From Candidatus Shapirobacteria bacterium (GTDB lineage: Bacteria > Patescibacteriota > Microgenomatia > UBA12405), in the NCBI GenBank assembly GCA_041659325.1, contig JBAZYN010000002.1:206082-270081 (forward strand): a DNA stretch of 64,000 nt. The letters are read 5' to 3'. The notes beneath the pieces were generated by a model, which was not told where the DNA came from, did not search any database, and was given only the letters and a program-made list of their open reading frames with translations. The translations under genes and the position numbers were made by a program. Positions 19,114-29,570 of this stretch are shown piece after piece (within the stretch, counting starts at the first letter, position 1; every line of letters starts with the position of its first letter).

Positions 19114-19950
19114 GATTATTTCCAGAGCCAGATAAAGCTGGCAGCGATTATGAGAAAGGGGAATAACTTTTCGGCGATAATTACCAAAGGGCTTTGCGGG
19201 TGCGGTGATAAAGAATCAGGTATAAAATGGTATTTTTTATACGTTTTTAAGTGGCGTCTGATAGGGTACATAGAATAACTATCTACTATTAGAAAAAAGC
19301 TGTCAATAGTCGGTTTTTAGGGGAAAATGATACGTTATGATAGTATCTTGTAACTGGTAATTTGTAATCAGTAATCTGTAATCTGAATTTCACGGGGCGA
19401 CAATACACGAATAGAACTACTATCATTTAAAAACATATACAATCAAATACATAATAAAGTGGATAGGTGGAAAAATATTGAGATGCGGGGAAATGCGGAA
19501 TAGATATTCTGATATTAAAAGATAGTAATAAGACATACCAAACTTGTTTTTTATCTATTGGTTTGATGGGGTTGGTGAGAATAGTTTAAGGAGAGCCGGT
19601 GTGTGGCAAATAGTATCATCAGTATTGACGGTGGCGGTTTTGCGGAGATGAAGACATGATGTAGTAAAATAGACCAAGTGATGAAATTAGATGAATCTGA
19701 GAAAAATGTAACGCGAACTAACAGAATACATAGGGTTAGCTTATGTAATAGAGTGATATATAAAATTAATAATATGGTCAATCTGTCGTCGGGGTAAGGA
19801 AAACGGGAATAATCGGGTAAGGTGTTTATGCAAAATAACCCTAAGAAAAGACTAAACAAGGATAAATATTTTGTTGGCAGCTTAGAGTAAATATTGCCAA
19901 AAAGGTAATTTATAATATGATTTGTGGTAGATGTGATATGATATTTTTAT
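19114..19950. promoter_or_regulatory. 837-bp AT-rich divergent intergenic region (contains GTAATCW repeat at 19351-19387)
   Basis: No ORF over 70 aa lies here. The flanking genes diverge (minus-strand giant gene start at 19113; plus-strand gene start at 19951). Confidence 0.3.
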
Positions 19951-20385
19951 ATGATCAGTAAGAGGAGAAATGTTGTTTTGGTAGCGGCAGCGGTTTTTGG
20001 TATCGGTTTTGTATATTTTCTGGCGACTTTTGTAGTACCAAAGATTCTGGTCACTATGACAAAGGCGGCACCGGCAACGAAAATATCAATGTCAAATTCC
20101 TATCTTTTGGGATCAAAGATATTGTGTAAAGCTGACGGGACGGATAAATGTGGAGTGAATGTTTTTTTGGGTGATTCTGAGGGGAGGCCGGTGGCGGGAA
20201 AGATGGTGGCTTTGTCGACGACAGGGGTGGAAGCGGAAGTGTCGCCCGAAGCGCAAAAGTCAGATCAGACGGGCAAGACCGGTTTTACATTGACGTCGAA
20301 TAAAGAGGGTCAGGTAACTGTTGCGGCGAGTGTGGATGGGACACCGATGGAGAAATCGGTGGTGGTGACTTTTAGAGGAAACTAG
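19951..20385 (+). CDS. small membrane-anchored protein with one bacterial Ig-like (Big_1-like) domain
   Basis: N-terminal TM. NSYLLGSKILCKADGTDKCGVNVFLGDSEGRPVAGKMVAL...QVTVAASVDGTPMEKSVVVTF. Confidence 0.5.
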   Translation: MISKRRNVVLVAAAVFGIGFVYFLATFVVPKILVTMTKAAPATKISMSNSYLLGSKILCKADGTDKCGVNVFLGDSEGRPVAGKMVALSTTGVEAEVSPEAQKSDQTGKTGFTLTSNKEGQVTVAASVDGTPMEKSVVVTFRGN

Positions 20386-20805
20386 CTAGGGGGTAAAGGT
20401 AACCTTTACTTTTTGGGAAATTTCTTTTGAGTTTACCTTGGCAACAATTTCATATTTTCCGGGAGTGGAGGAAGTAAGGTCGAAAACGCTTTTTCCCATG
20501 TCGTCGCTGGTGGCCTGGATATCAGTTAAATTTATCGCTGGAGGTTTGGTCAGCTCTACCTCCTGGTTTCCGACGCCCATGCCCCGACCGTCCAGTAAAA
20601 AAACAGTAATGCGGATTTTTTCTTTACCATCGGCCTTGGCCTGGAGGGGGGAGGCAAAAAGATAGGAGTTTTCTAAAGTAATCGGACTAGTGCTGTTGAG
20701 CCCGGTGGCCCGGCCGGAATAGATAGCGGGGCGAACGACCAGATAGGTGACGGCAATGAGAGCGAGAAGGAGGATTGCGATGGTAAGCAGGGACTTGGTT
20801 GACAT
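20386..20805 (-). CDS. paralog of 19951-20385: membrane-anchored Big_1-like Ig domain protein (convergent, stop codons abut)
   Basis: NSYLFASPLQAKADGKEKIRITVFLLDGRGMGVGNQEVEL...KYEIVAKVNSKEISQKVKVTF. Stop codons at 20383-20385 (+) and 20386-20388 (-) are adjacent. Confidence 0.5.
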   Translation of the reverse strand: MSTKSLLTIAILLLALIAVTYLVVRPAIYSGRATGLNSTSPITLENSYLFASPLQAKADGKEKIRITVFLLDGRGMGVGNQEVELTKPPAINLTDIQATSDDMGKSVFDLTSSTPGKYEIVAKVNSKEISQKVKVTFTP

Positions 20806-20848
20806 CCTGGTTAATTATCGATGATTGCTGATTAATTAGCAACTTCCT

Positions 20849-23800
20849 TCAGTCAGAAAACTTGATGGCGGCGTTGGAATTAAAAATTGTTTTTATCTGA
20901 GTAGGTGTGAGAGGGTAGTTATATATTTGGACATCGTCAATGAGGCCGGAATAGTATGTAGAGCCGACTTTGCCTAGGTTAACCGTATTGGCAGGAAGAG
21001 AAGCAGAGGAAACAACAGTAATGTGGTGCCAGTTAGTATCGGGAATGGTGGAGGATAGACGACCATCAACATAAACAGTTTCGGTACCAAAACCGGTAAC
21101 AGTAATAGTACCGGAGGATATAGCGATACTGTCGGAGGCGGATAATTCAAGAATACTTTGACTTGTAGAAGAAGGTTTAATCCAGAAACTGACAGCAGTA
21201 GCACTGGTACCGATATCACCAACAGAGACATAATCATCAGAACCATCAAGGTTGAGACTGCTGTTTATCTTTCCGGTGGCACCATTGAACCAAACACCGG
21301 AAGTAGTGCAGGTACCGGCAGAGGTTTGGGTGCCGGAGGCACCAACGGAAAGGGTACCATGAAAAGTGTCGGAGGAGGAATTGTGGACAGCGGTGCCCTG
21401 GCATTCGTCCATTTTGTAGTGAGCAATTGGTCTACCGTGGTTGTAGTCAAGGGCGATTTGGGCGGGGGAACGAGCGTAGTTATAAACCAGGATTTGATCA
21501 ATTATTGCGTCGGCAAAATCGTCGTTATCAATATCCGAACCGGAAGGTCTAGTTCTTAATCCGATTCCCATATATGGATTTGAAGCATAGGTTTGGATAT
21601 TGCTGCTGGTCACAGAGGTGTTCTGTCCCCTGAGAATTCCATCGACAAATAACTTTGAAGAAGTACCATCAACGACATAAGTTAAAAAATGCCATTTATT
21701 GTCCCTATACGAAGCCTGGGAATTGGTGTATAAGTGGCTGGAGTTATTACAATAGTTGCTGACCGACAGAACTCCGTTCGCGCTTCTCCAGCCGATAGCT
21801 TCGTCTGCGTTTGCAGAAGTAGCGGGGAGATTGGCATCTCCAAACTGGATGAGCGGTCCGGATGAGGCGGCGGAAGTTTTAAACCACAAGGCGATAGTAT
21901 GAACTTGATTACCGGAAGTCCGTATCGGAATTCGAATGTTTTTGATATAGTTATTTACACCGTTAAAACGCAAACTCTTACCGATTCTTCCTGATAACCA
22001 GCTGGCATTTACTATTTCACCGGTGTTATTGTTTCCGCTAGTGTCATAAGTAGAGTTGCCGACACCCTCATTAAAATCCCACCTACCAACAGGTGGTAAA
22101 CAGGCGGCACTATCGCCGGGGATACAATATTCCTGGCTGGCGGCAGAGGAGGGAGCGGTGTTGCCGGTGCCGGAGGAGAGAGTGCCAAAGACAACAGCCG
22201 AGCCAAGGTTATAGTCCTGTTTTATTTCGTCGCCGGTGAGAGCATGGTTGTAAATCTTGACTTCGTCAAGGAGGCCAGTATAAAAATCATTATTATATTC
22301 AGGATTCCTTCCAAGACTGGGGAGAACTCCACCTATGAGATTGGAATTGTTATAACTTGAGTTAGATCCTGTTGCATCCAACTTACCGTCAATATATAAA
22401 CTTAAAGTTGTATCGCTTGTTTTGACTAAGGCGACATAGTGCCAATTATCATCGTTAACAATTTTTGTCCCGCCGACAGAGAGTATGAAAGTTCCACCAT
22501 CTCTAAAACTGCCTGATGCTTTTCCGCCGGAGATTGTAAGGAAACCATTGAGTGTATTATTTGCAGCATAATCCCCGTAGAGTGTTCCGCTGCTTGCGGT
22601 TGTTTTAAACCAAAGAGAAATGGAAGGGTTTACACTGGTGAGATCAAATTCCGCACCTGTAGAGAGGGTGACATAATCATTGCCATCAAAACTTAACGCC
22701 TTGCCGAATTTTCCATCGTTGGACCAATTGGGGGCGGAGGAGCCGGTGCCGAATGTGCCATTGTTAGTCCCGACAGAATCATGAGCGATGGTGTTATAGC
22801 CTTCATCAAATTTCCAATGAGCGACGAGTTTTTTGGAAATGGGAGTGACTACCGGTTGGCCGGGTTCTTCACCAATGACGACAGCTTTACCAAGATTAGT
22901 TTCTTTTTTGATTTCAGAAGAGGACAGAACATAGGGAAAAACTTTGATTTCATCCAGGAAGCCGGAAAAGAAGTCGGCGCCTGATTGGCCAATTTTGAGA
23001 GAGGAGAGACCAAAAGAAGTCGAAGAAGTGATAAGAACCTGGGACCAGATATCAGAAGGGACGGCAGAGGTAGCGGCGCCATTGACATAGATAGAGGGAG
23101 AGGTAAGGCCATTGGCTTGAAGAATGTTGTTTGTTAGAGTAACCGTTTGGATGCCATTTAAATCAAAAATCGGGGTAGAAGAGGCAGACGGCTTGATCCA
23201 AAAGGAAAGACTTTTTAAACCGGTCAGACTGCCGTTGACGATGGCATAGTCATCGGAACCATCAAAACTAAGGCAGGAGTTGACGGCACAGGAGGTGCCA
23301 ATAGCCCAGGTAGGTGAGGAGCTACCGGAGCCCAGAGCCCCGTGGTTGATGTTGATAGAATCATTGAGAATAGTACCGGTATTTTCGTCAAGTTTCCAAT
23401 AAGAGGTTGACGGTTCGCCGTCGGTAAAGCGCTCGGTATAGCCTGATTGTTGTTGATGAGAGCCGAGGCCGGAATAGTAAAGGTCGGCGACTTCGGCGGC
23501 GGTAAGAGGATCGTCATAGAATTTAGCGTTAGAAATGGTGGTGCTATGTGGTGAGCCGTAACTGGTAGGAATGAAATCCACTCGGCCATCATCGGTGTGG
23601 GTATTAAAGGTAATGGCTGAACTGGCGACGTTATTGACGAACAGTTGGGCGGTTGTTTCGTTCCAGGTATAAACAAGGTGATACCATTTATCTTTGGTGA
23701 TAGTGGTTGAAACAGTAGCGGTGCCACTGCCTGTGCCATAATGACCGACTCTGAAACTACTTATTGTGTCGCCGGGATTGTTAGAGTAATTTCCTATAAA

Positions 23801-26800
23801 AAACCCATTTCCCCAGCCGTAACCTCCCGAACCTATTTTTAGATAAGTTAAAGTGTCCCATTGTTCAGCGGGGCCGTCGGATCCGTTCCAATTAGGTTTA
23901 ACCCAGAGGCTGACGGTTCCGGTAGTATCGTTTGTAGGGATGGCGGTATTGTAAATTGTTTGAGCGATAGCTCTGGTGCTGGTTGATTCGTTGGCAGTTC
24001 CTGTCCAAGAATAACCTATTCCCATATTACCGTCGGTATAAGTGGTTAGGGTTTGGTTTTGTTCCAACTGAAAACCATCGACATAAATAGTTTTTCCGGA
24101 TTTAACCTGAAGGCCGTAGTTTTGAGAATCGGAACCGGCTGTACCCCGATACCAGAGTCGCCACCAACCACCACCAGCATCGACATAGGTAGTGCCAACA
24201 GCAACACCATTGAAAATTAGTTGGGCGACGGTCGAGGAAACAGCCCCACCCATGTTGCCGGTAGTACCATCGTAGACGTAGGCGGAGAGAGTGTGAGTGG
24301 CGGTGGAGCCGGTGTTGATGGGTATTACAAAACCTCTGGGATCAGATGCAAGTGAGTTATTGATGGTGGTTGATTTTGCCCCAAATTTGAAATAGGGAGA
24401 GATGGTGTTTTGAATAAAGCTGGCGGGCTGAGGTAAAAAGGTGGCATCAGCTTGATTTAGTCCAGTTTGGTTGGTGCCCCAAAAGGCAGTAGAAGGGGCG
24501 GTGCCAAAATTAGCCGGGATGGAGGATAAAGAGATTCGGGAGGTGCCGTCAAGGATAAAGGACATAGTACCGCCACCGGTATAACCAATGGACATTTGAT
24601 AGGTGGTACCGGCGGTGACAGCACTGGCGTCCCAGGTGGCACTGGCGGTGGAGCCAACCATAGAATAATCAAGTTTGATGGTGTTGGCAGCTGACCAATA
24701 TAGCCTGATATAGTCATCGGAATCGCCGTAAAATTCGGCTATATATGGCATGGTAGATCCGAATTTATTAATGATTGAGGCGGAATGTCGGGGAGTGTAA
24801 TCAAAGACGACTGAACCAATCGTTGTGCCCGTTCCCAGGAGGGTATGGGTGTAAGTATCGGTACCGTCGATTCGGATTCGGTTGGATTCGAGAGAATTGG
24901 TAGAAGTTGCCGGGGTAACCGTAAGAGAAACGTCGGAGAGCCGAAAAGCATATAGATCGTCAACGATGCCTACAGTCCAAGAGTAAAAAGAAAGATAAGA
25001 TCCTTCCCCGCATAAGGTTGGCATTCTGACAGCATTAAAGAAATTTTTCCATGTACTGCCTCCGGTACTGGTGGCGACCATATTTCTATAGGGGTCTGGG
25101 CATTCATGAAATCCAAAGTTGGCATCCGATGCTCCTTTTGCAGCAAAACCAACATTTATAAACGATCCCGTAGAGAACGTTGTATCTAGGTCGTAAGTAC
25201 CGTTTTTCCCGTATGTGCTCATCCCGTTGATTTGCCAGGCTGATAAACCAGAATTAACATCAGATAATTCTTGTTCGGCTTCGCCTTCGGTTCCACTTGT
25301 AATTGTAAAACCCGTTGGTAACCACGGAGTTCCGGAGCCTGTTTCCATTGAGGGTCCGTTGACCTGATTTGGCAGTAATTCTACTTGATGCCAATGAACA
25401 GTGCCCGAGTTAGCAGCATTAACGAGCTTGACTGTTATGGAGGTACAATCTGCAGATACTCCATGTTTTGCAATTGTCGGTAGTTCAAAGGTAAATAACA
25501 TTACGTCGGGTGCGGTTCTGCCGGAGCCTACAGTGCCGGTGTAACTAGTAATATCTGCCCCGTTTGTTTCATCATAAATAAAGATTTTGGGTTGACCAGT
25601 GCCATCGCCACTGTTGGCGATAGCTCTGACAACATAATTTTGGCCGGCGGTAAGACCTGTTTTCGTTGTACTAATACCTTGGTTAGCACCGGTAGTGGTA
25701 AATTTATAGCCGCCTGCATATATTTTTTCGCTGGCTGCCAGAGGGGCTACCGAAAGGTAGGTGCCACCCGCATCAAGTGTCTCCATAGCATCCGTAACAT
25801 TTGCTACCTGGTCGGCGGTGAGGGTGGTGTTGTAGATGGCGGCGGCCTGGATTTTTCCGGGTAGGAAAGAATCGGCTCCGGAATTAGTATTTTTTGCCCC
25901 GATATATAGGTTTTTATTTGGCGGATTTATTATTGGTATAGTACCTGGTTCTGAGGTTCCGTTAAGGTAACCTTTGTTATAGGACATGCCCATCACGCCG
26001 GAAGCTACCGCACCGGAGAGATATAAGCTATCATAATGTCCGTTGTAATATGCTTTATAGCCGCCACCCCCAGCTATAGGGTATACTGCAACGGACCAGT
26101 TATTGTTATCGGTTGTACCGATAATAGCTCTCCAGTAATCAGAGGTATTCGCATCAGAGAATCTTACTAGATAGCTCCAGGTATTTGCAGAAGGTGTTAA
26201 ACCTGTTGTTAAGAATTGGTTGGTTCCGTTAAATGTCCAGCCTGTTGAAGCTGACCATGTGGGTGCGGTGCCGGAGGTTAGATTGTATGTTCCCGGATTA
26301 GCCAGATTGACATAACTTGCCGCTGAACTTCCAGCTCCAATTGCCTGATAAGCTGCCACTTGCCCGGTTGTGCCACCCACTTTATACCAAGGGATTACGT
26401 TCCAGCCATCATTGGGGGCAGTACCGCTCATCATAAATCCACCTGTATTGGTAGTCGATGTATATAGCACATTGGAAGCATGGGGGTGGGACCAGGCCTC
26501 TCCGGTTGCTGTTGTGCCTAAACCCAATGTCCCTGTCGAAGAGTTGGTAGGCAGGGCAAAGACGACGTCCCAAGAACCGGTTATTGTAGCGGGATCTTTG
26601 CCGATTCCGCTACCGTGGATTAAGGCTATCTCATCTCCGTTGCCGGCGTTTATGCCATAGGCGCCATCCCAAAGGGGACGACGATAGATAGTTAAACCTT
26701 CGATAATTCCATCTGCTACCCCGATACCGCCGCTAATTCCTTTCCCGATATAGATATTTGAATTCGTAGCATCAATAGTTGGGGCAGAGGTTCCCCCATA

Positions 26801-28651
26801 AGAATGAGAGTCACCCACAGAGATGCTTAAGTAATTTGTTCCATCAAGATTATAATCAGACGACCATCTTGCTGTGATTAAATAGGTGGCTCCGGCAACT
26901 AAGGTTTGGCTTTTAGTTGCATATTTTTCGTCTACTCCCAAGGAAAAATATTTATAACCCACCCTACTGTCATACACTAGTTCTATGCCGTTCCAATCGC
27001 TACTAAAAGCAAATAATCCATGTACTGAGGTGTCGTCATCAGAATTAAACTCCGGGGTGTACCAAAAGGTAATACTTCCTTGTTTTCTATCGAATTGGTT
27101 ATAAAGATTGCCAGCAATTTGAGAACCAAGGGGGAAAGCGAGCGAGTCTCCGTTAGCATCTCCCCAGCGATCTCCCTGGATAAGAACGCCTGCAGCAAAA
27201 GGGGCGGTGGCGCCGGTGCCGGCATTTCTTTTGGCGATATTTGGGGTAAAGGTGGAAAAATCATTTCCACCATCGGTCCAGCCAATACTATATGTGCCGT
27301 GTTCGAAACTGGGATTAGTAATTTTGTTGGTAGTGGCCTCTTCCAGAAAAATTCCCGGGTGTGCGGCATAAGATTGGGTGGGGAGAGTGCCGGTGTCGAG
27401 AGTTGAGGAGTCGATGCCAACAAGCCCACCGACATATTTGGCACCGGTGATAGTGCCGTGGTTGGCGTTGCCCGAATCGTCGATGGCCTTGCCGGAGTTT
27501 CTGGGGTCATCCCCGTTTTCGTCAAAATGAAGAAGAAGTTTGGTGAATTCATCGCGGACAAAGGGGGTGGTTTGGGGGGTAAAGTCGGTGGTGTAACGAG
27601 CGACACTGGAAACTCTTACTTCGTCAACAATCCCGTTGTAGTTATTGGAGCCAATATTAAATCCTGACCATATGGTTGGTGTTGTGCAAAGCCCGGTTCC
27701 GGTAGCATAATTGTTGCCGTTTAAATAATATTTTATATCGGCACCGTTTCGGACAATGGCGATGTGATACCAGAGATTATGAGTTATGTTTGCGCTTGAA
27801 GCGCTATAATCTTTACAACCGTTAAAAGTATATGCTTGAATGTCATGTCTTCCGTCTCCCCAGTAATGAAAAACGCCTGACCCTCCGTCTCCTCCTCCGT
27901 TTGTTAGCGACATAATTTGCGAGCTTATCGGGTTGTCGGCAGCTTTAAACCAAAATTCTACAGTAAAAAAATTTGAGCCGGACAATAGGGTGCCTGTTTT
28001 GCTTACATTGTCTCCACTTCCAAAACTTAAAGCACTATTGGCTCCGGAATAGCGAATGGCACCGGAGGAAGTGGTGGGGGTGGTGGTACCGGAGGCGGTA
28101 GCGCAGGTGGTGTTGCCGTTGAAACCACAATAAAAGGTAGCCTGTTTGGAGCCAATATTAAAAGCGGAAATGGACGAGGCGTCAACAGCATTTGGGTTGG
28201 AATAGTAAAGAAAGTAATTGGGATCGACGGCAGAGTTGGCCATATCCGCCTGGAGGGGGAAATGAATAATGGTACTGGCAGAGGTGGCACATGTGGCGGA
28301 GGAGGGGAGATCAACATAGTAGTTTAACTGAGCGTTGGTGGTGAGAGATTGATAATAAACTCTAAGATCAGCGCAGTCTGATTGAAGGTCACCGGAATCA
28401 ACTAGAGCTTTGGTATTGAGGGTAAGGGAATAGGTGGTATTGGCGTCGAGAGTTTGGCCGGAGTTGTTGGCCAGGGTAAGCTGTTTGCGTTTTAACCACT
28501 CACCGGCGGTGACAGGCCAAGAAGCGGCTTTAATAGAGGCTCTTTTTTGATTGATACGAATGAGAAGAACAATAGGGATGAGAAGAAAGACAAGGATAAT
28601 AAGAAGGGTTTTGTAAGAAAAAGAGCTGGCCCTTTTGTGAAATGACATCAA
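20849..28651 (-). CDS. giant (2600 aa) membrane-anchored surface protein with multiple concanavalin A-like/LamG (Laminin_G_3-like) lectin domains
   Basis: N-terminal TM (KTLLIILVFLLIPIVLLIRI). Repeated LamG-like cores: FTVEFWFKAADNPISSQIMSL, SLSFWIKPSASSTPIFDL, SISLWFKTTASSGTLYG, TIALWFKTSAASSGPLIQFGD, AVSFWIKPSSTSQSILEL, each followed by WYHIAIV/WHYVALV/WHFLTYV-type strands. Confidence 0.7.
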   Translation of the reverse strand: MMSFHKRASSFSYKTLLIILVFLLIPIVLLIRINQKRASIKAASWPVTAGEWLKRKQLTLANNSGQTLDANTTYSLTLNTKALVDSGDLQSDCADLRVYYQSLTTNAQLNYYVDLPSSATCATSASTIIHFPLQADMANSAVDPNYFLYYSNPNAVDASSISAFNIGSKQATFYCGFNGNTTCATASGTTTPTTSSGAIRYSGANSALSFGSGDNVSKTGTLLSGSNFFTVEFWFKAADNPISSQIMSLTNGGGDGGSGVFHYWGDGRHDIQAYTFNGCKDYSASSANITHNLWYHIAIVRNGADIKYYLNGNNYATGTGLCTTPTIWSGFNIGSNNYNGIVDEVRVSSVARYTTDFTPQTTPFVRDEFTKLLLHFDENGDDPRNSGKAIDDSGNANHGTITGAKYVGGLVGIDSSTLDTGTLPTQSYAAHPGIFLEEATTNKITNPSFEHGTYSIGWTDGGNDFSTFTPNIAKRNAGTGATAPFAAGVLIQGDRWGDANGDSLAFPLGSQIAGNLYNQFDRKQGSITFWYTPEFNSDDDTSVHGLFAFSSDWNGIELVYDSRVGYKYFSLGVDEKYATKSQTLVAGATYLITARWSSDYNLDGTNYLSISVGDSHSYGGTSAPTIDATNSNIYIGKGISGGIGVADGIIEGLTIYRRPLWDGAYGINAGNGDEIALIHGSGIGKDPATITGSWDVVFALPTNSSTGTLGLGTTATGEAWSHPHASNVLYTSTTNTGGFMMSGTAPNDGWNVIPWYKVGGTTGQVAAYQAIGAGSSAASYVNLANPGTYNLTSGTAPTWSASTGWTFNGTNQFLTTGLTPSANTWSYLVRFSDANTSDYWRAIIGTTDNNNWSVAVYPIAGGGGYKAYYNGHYDSLYLSGAVASGVMGMSYNKGYLNGTSEPGTIPIINPPNKNLYIGAKNTNSGADSFLPGKIQAAAIYNTTLTADQVANVTDAMETLDAGGTYLSVAPLAASEKIYAGGYKFTTTGANQGISTTKTGLTAGQNYVVRAIANSGDGTGQPKIFIYDETNGADITSYTGTVGSGRTAPDVMLFTFELPTIAKHGVSADCTSITVKLVNAANSGTVHWHQVELLPNQVNGPSMETGSGTPWLPTGFTITSGTEGEAEQELSDVNSGLSAWQINGMSTYGKNGTYDLDTTFSTGSFINVGFAAKGASDANFGFHECPDPYRNMVATSTGGSTWKNFFNAVRMPTLCGEGSYLSFYSWTVGIVDDLYAFRLSDVSLTVTPATSTNSLESNRIRIDGTDTYTHTLLGTGTTIGSVVFDYTPRHSASIINKFGSTMPYIAEFYGDSDDYIRLYWSAANTIKLDYSMVGSTASATWDASAVTAGTTYQMSIGYTGGGTMSFILDGTSRISLSSIPANFGTAPSTAFWGTNQTGLNQADATFLPQPASFIQNTISPYFKFGAKSTTINNSLASDPRGFVIPINTGSTATHTLSAYVYDGTTGNMGGAVSSTVAQLIFNGVAVGTTYVDAGGGWWRLWYRGTAGSDSQNYGLQVKSGKTIYVDGFQLEQNQTLTTYTDGNMGIGYSWTGTANESTSTRAIAQTIYNTAIPTNDTTGTVSLWVKPNWNGSDGPAEQWDTLTYLKIGSGGYGWGNGFFIGNYSNNPGDTISSFRVGHYGTGSGTATVSTTITKDKWYHLVYTWNETTAQLFVNNVASSAITFNTHTDDGRVDFIPTSYGSPHSTTISNAKFYDDPLTAAEVADLYYSGLGSHQQQSGYTERFTDGEPSTSYWKLDENTGTILNDSININHGALGSGSSSPTWAIGTSCAVNSCLSFDGSDDYAIVNGSLTGLKSLSFWIKPSASSTPIFDLNGIQTVTLTNNILQANGLTSPSIYVNGAATSAVPSDIWSQVLITSSTSFGLSSLKIGQSGADFFSGFLDEIKVFPYVLSSSEIKKETNLGKAVVIGEEPGQPVVTPISKKLVAHWKFDEGYNTIAHDSVGTNNGTFGTGSSAPNWSNDGKFGKALSFDGNDYVTLSTGAEFDLTSVNPSISLWFKTTASSGTLYGDYAANNTLNGFLTISGGKASGSFRDGGTFILSVGGTKIVNDDNWHYVALVKTSDTTLSLYIDGKLDATGSNSSYNNSNLIGGVLPSLGRNPEYNNDFYTGLLDEVKIYNHALTGDEIKQDYNLGSAVVFGTLSSGTGNTAPSSAASQEYCIPGDSAACLPPVGRWDFNEGVGNSTYDTSGNNNTGEIVNASWLSGRIGKSLRFNGVNNYIKNIRIPIRTSGNQVHTIALWFKTSAASSGPLIQFGDANLPATSANADEAIGWRSANGVLSVSNYCNNSSHLYTNSQASYRDNKWHFLTYVVDGTSSKLFVDGILRGQNTSVTSSNIQTYASNPYMGIGLRTRPSGSDIDNDDFADAIIDQILVYNYARSPAQIALDYNHGRPIAHYKMDECQGTAVHNSSSDTFHGTLSVGASGTQTSAGTCTTSGVWFNGATGKINSSLNLDGSDDYVSVGDIGTSATAVSFWIKPSSTSQSILELSASDSIAISSGTITVTGFGTETVYVDGRLSSTIPDTNWHHITVVSSASLPANTVNLGKVGSTYYSGLIDDVQIYNYPLTPTQIKTIFNSNAAIKFSD

Positions 28652-28662
28652 TTAAGTATAGA

Positions 28663-28724
28663 GTCTGAAAGTCGGAAAGTCGAAAGTCTAAAAGCCATGC
28701 CTGCCGGCAGGCAGGTCTAAAAGT
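28663..28724. repeat. GTCNAAA ('KSESLK') repeat plus palindrome GCCATGCCTGCCGGCAGGCAGGTC in intergenic spacer
   Basis: gtctgaaagtcggaaagtcgaaagtctaaaagccatgcctgccggcaggcaggtctaaaagt. Confidence 0.8.
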
Positions 28725-28738
28725 AATAAAGTAGAAAA

Positions 28739-29566
28739 TTAGTAAGGTAGGCGGGGGACGAAGCGGGGGTAGATTTGGAGAGTGGATTCAATTTTGTGAG
28801 ATTTGAATAAAAGAATGAAAAAGATAAAGAGGGTTAAAAGGAAGACGGGGATGAGGACGATAAAGAAGTAGTATTGCTGCCAATAGAACCACCAAAGGGA
28901 GGGAAGAGTATAAAGAAGAGTATTCGATTTCGGTGAATTGCTGTCAAGATATTTTACAGAGGTGTACAGGCGGTAATTGCTGGAGTAGGCGGTGGGGAGG
29001 TTAAATTCATAATTTCCGGCGGTATTGGTTTTGGTGGTGAGGGATGGGAGAGAATAGGCTTGAACTTCTTTTGGAAAAGAAAGGGCGGAGTTGGTCACCT
29101 TGAAAAATTCAATTTTTATCTCTGAGTCGGGGATGGCTTGGCCGGAGGCAAGAGCGGTAGAATTTGGTTTTATTTTGGCAGTGTCAATTGTCAGGGTGGG
29201 AGAGAGGAGGATGGGGCCGGTTTCGGTGTGATAGTTAGTTTCCGGTGGAGGGGGGATACAGACGGGAACGGATTGACGAAAACTATCGTCGGTGGAGCGG
29301 AAACAGAGTTCTGAGGGTAGTTTTGGTAAGAGGGTTTTGAGAAATATAAAATAACCGGTGGTATCGCTGTATGTCTGGGAGTAAACATTGGTGCTTTCCA
29401 TCTCTACTTTTGAGAGAGGAGAGGTATAGCCGTAGACGGTGATTTCGTTTTCGCCGATTGAAGCGGAAACCAAAACTGCTGACGGTTGGACGGTATACAG
29501 AGAAGCAAGAGAGTCTTTCGGAGTAAATGCCTGTGCCAGAAAAAAAAGGAACAGGATGAAGCTCAT
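28739..29566 (-). CDS. secreted protein with C-terminal TM anchor; contains AGNYE motif
   Basis: Signal peptide MSFILFLFFLAQAF. ...TNTAGNYEFNLPTAY... C-terminal TM WWFYWQQYYFFIVLIPVFLLTLFIFFILLF. Confidence 0.5.
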   Translation of the reverse strand: MSFILFLFFLAQAFTPKDSLASLYTVQPSAVLVSASIGENEITVYGYTSPLSKVEMESTNVYSQTYSDTTGYFIFLKTLLPKLPSELCFRSTDDSFRQSVPVCIPPPPETNYHTETGPILLSPTLTIDTAKIKPNSTALASGQAIPDSEIKIEFFKVTNSALSFPKEVQAYSLPSLTTKTNTAGNYEFNLPTAYSSNYRLYTSVKYLDSNSPKSNTLLYTLPSLWWFYWQQYYFFIVLIPVFLLTLFIFFILLFKSHKIESTLQIYPRFVPRLPY

Positions 29567-29570
29567 GGGA

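Noticed and set aside
19551-19859. 102-aa minus-strand ORF in the 837-bp divergent intergenic region
   Set aside because: Leu/Ile/Phe-rich translation typical of AT-rich non-coding DNA, with no start context or domain. The region is kept as non-coding regulatory.
21158-28317. Numerous 60-210-aa ORFs on both strands within 20849-28651 (e.g. 23224-23739, 26983-27606, 28027-28317)
   Set aside because: All lie inside the 2600-aa LamG giant gene. Their translations are Pro/Leu/Val-rich low-complexity, typical of off-frame reading of GGT/ACC-rich coding DNA.
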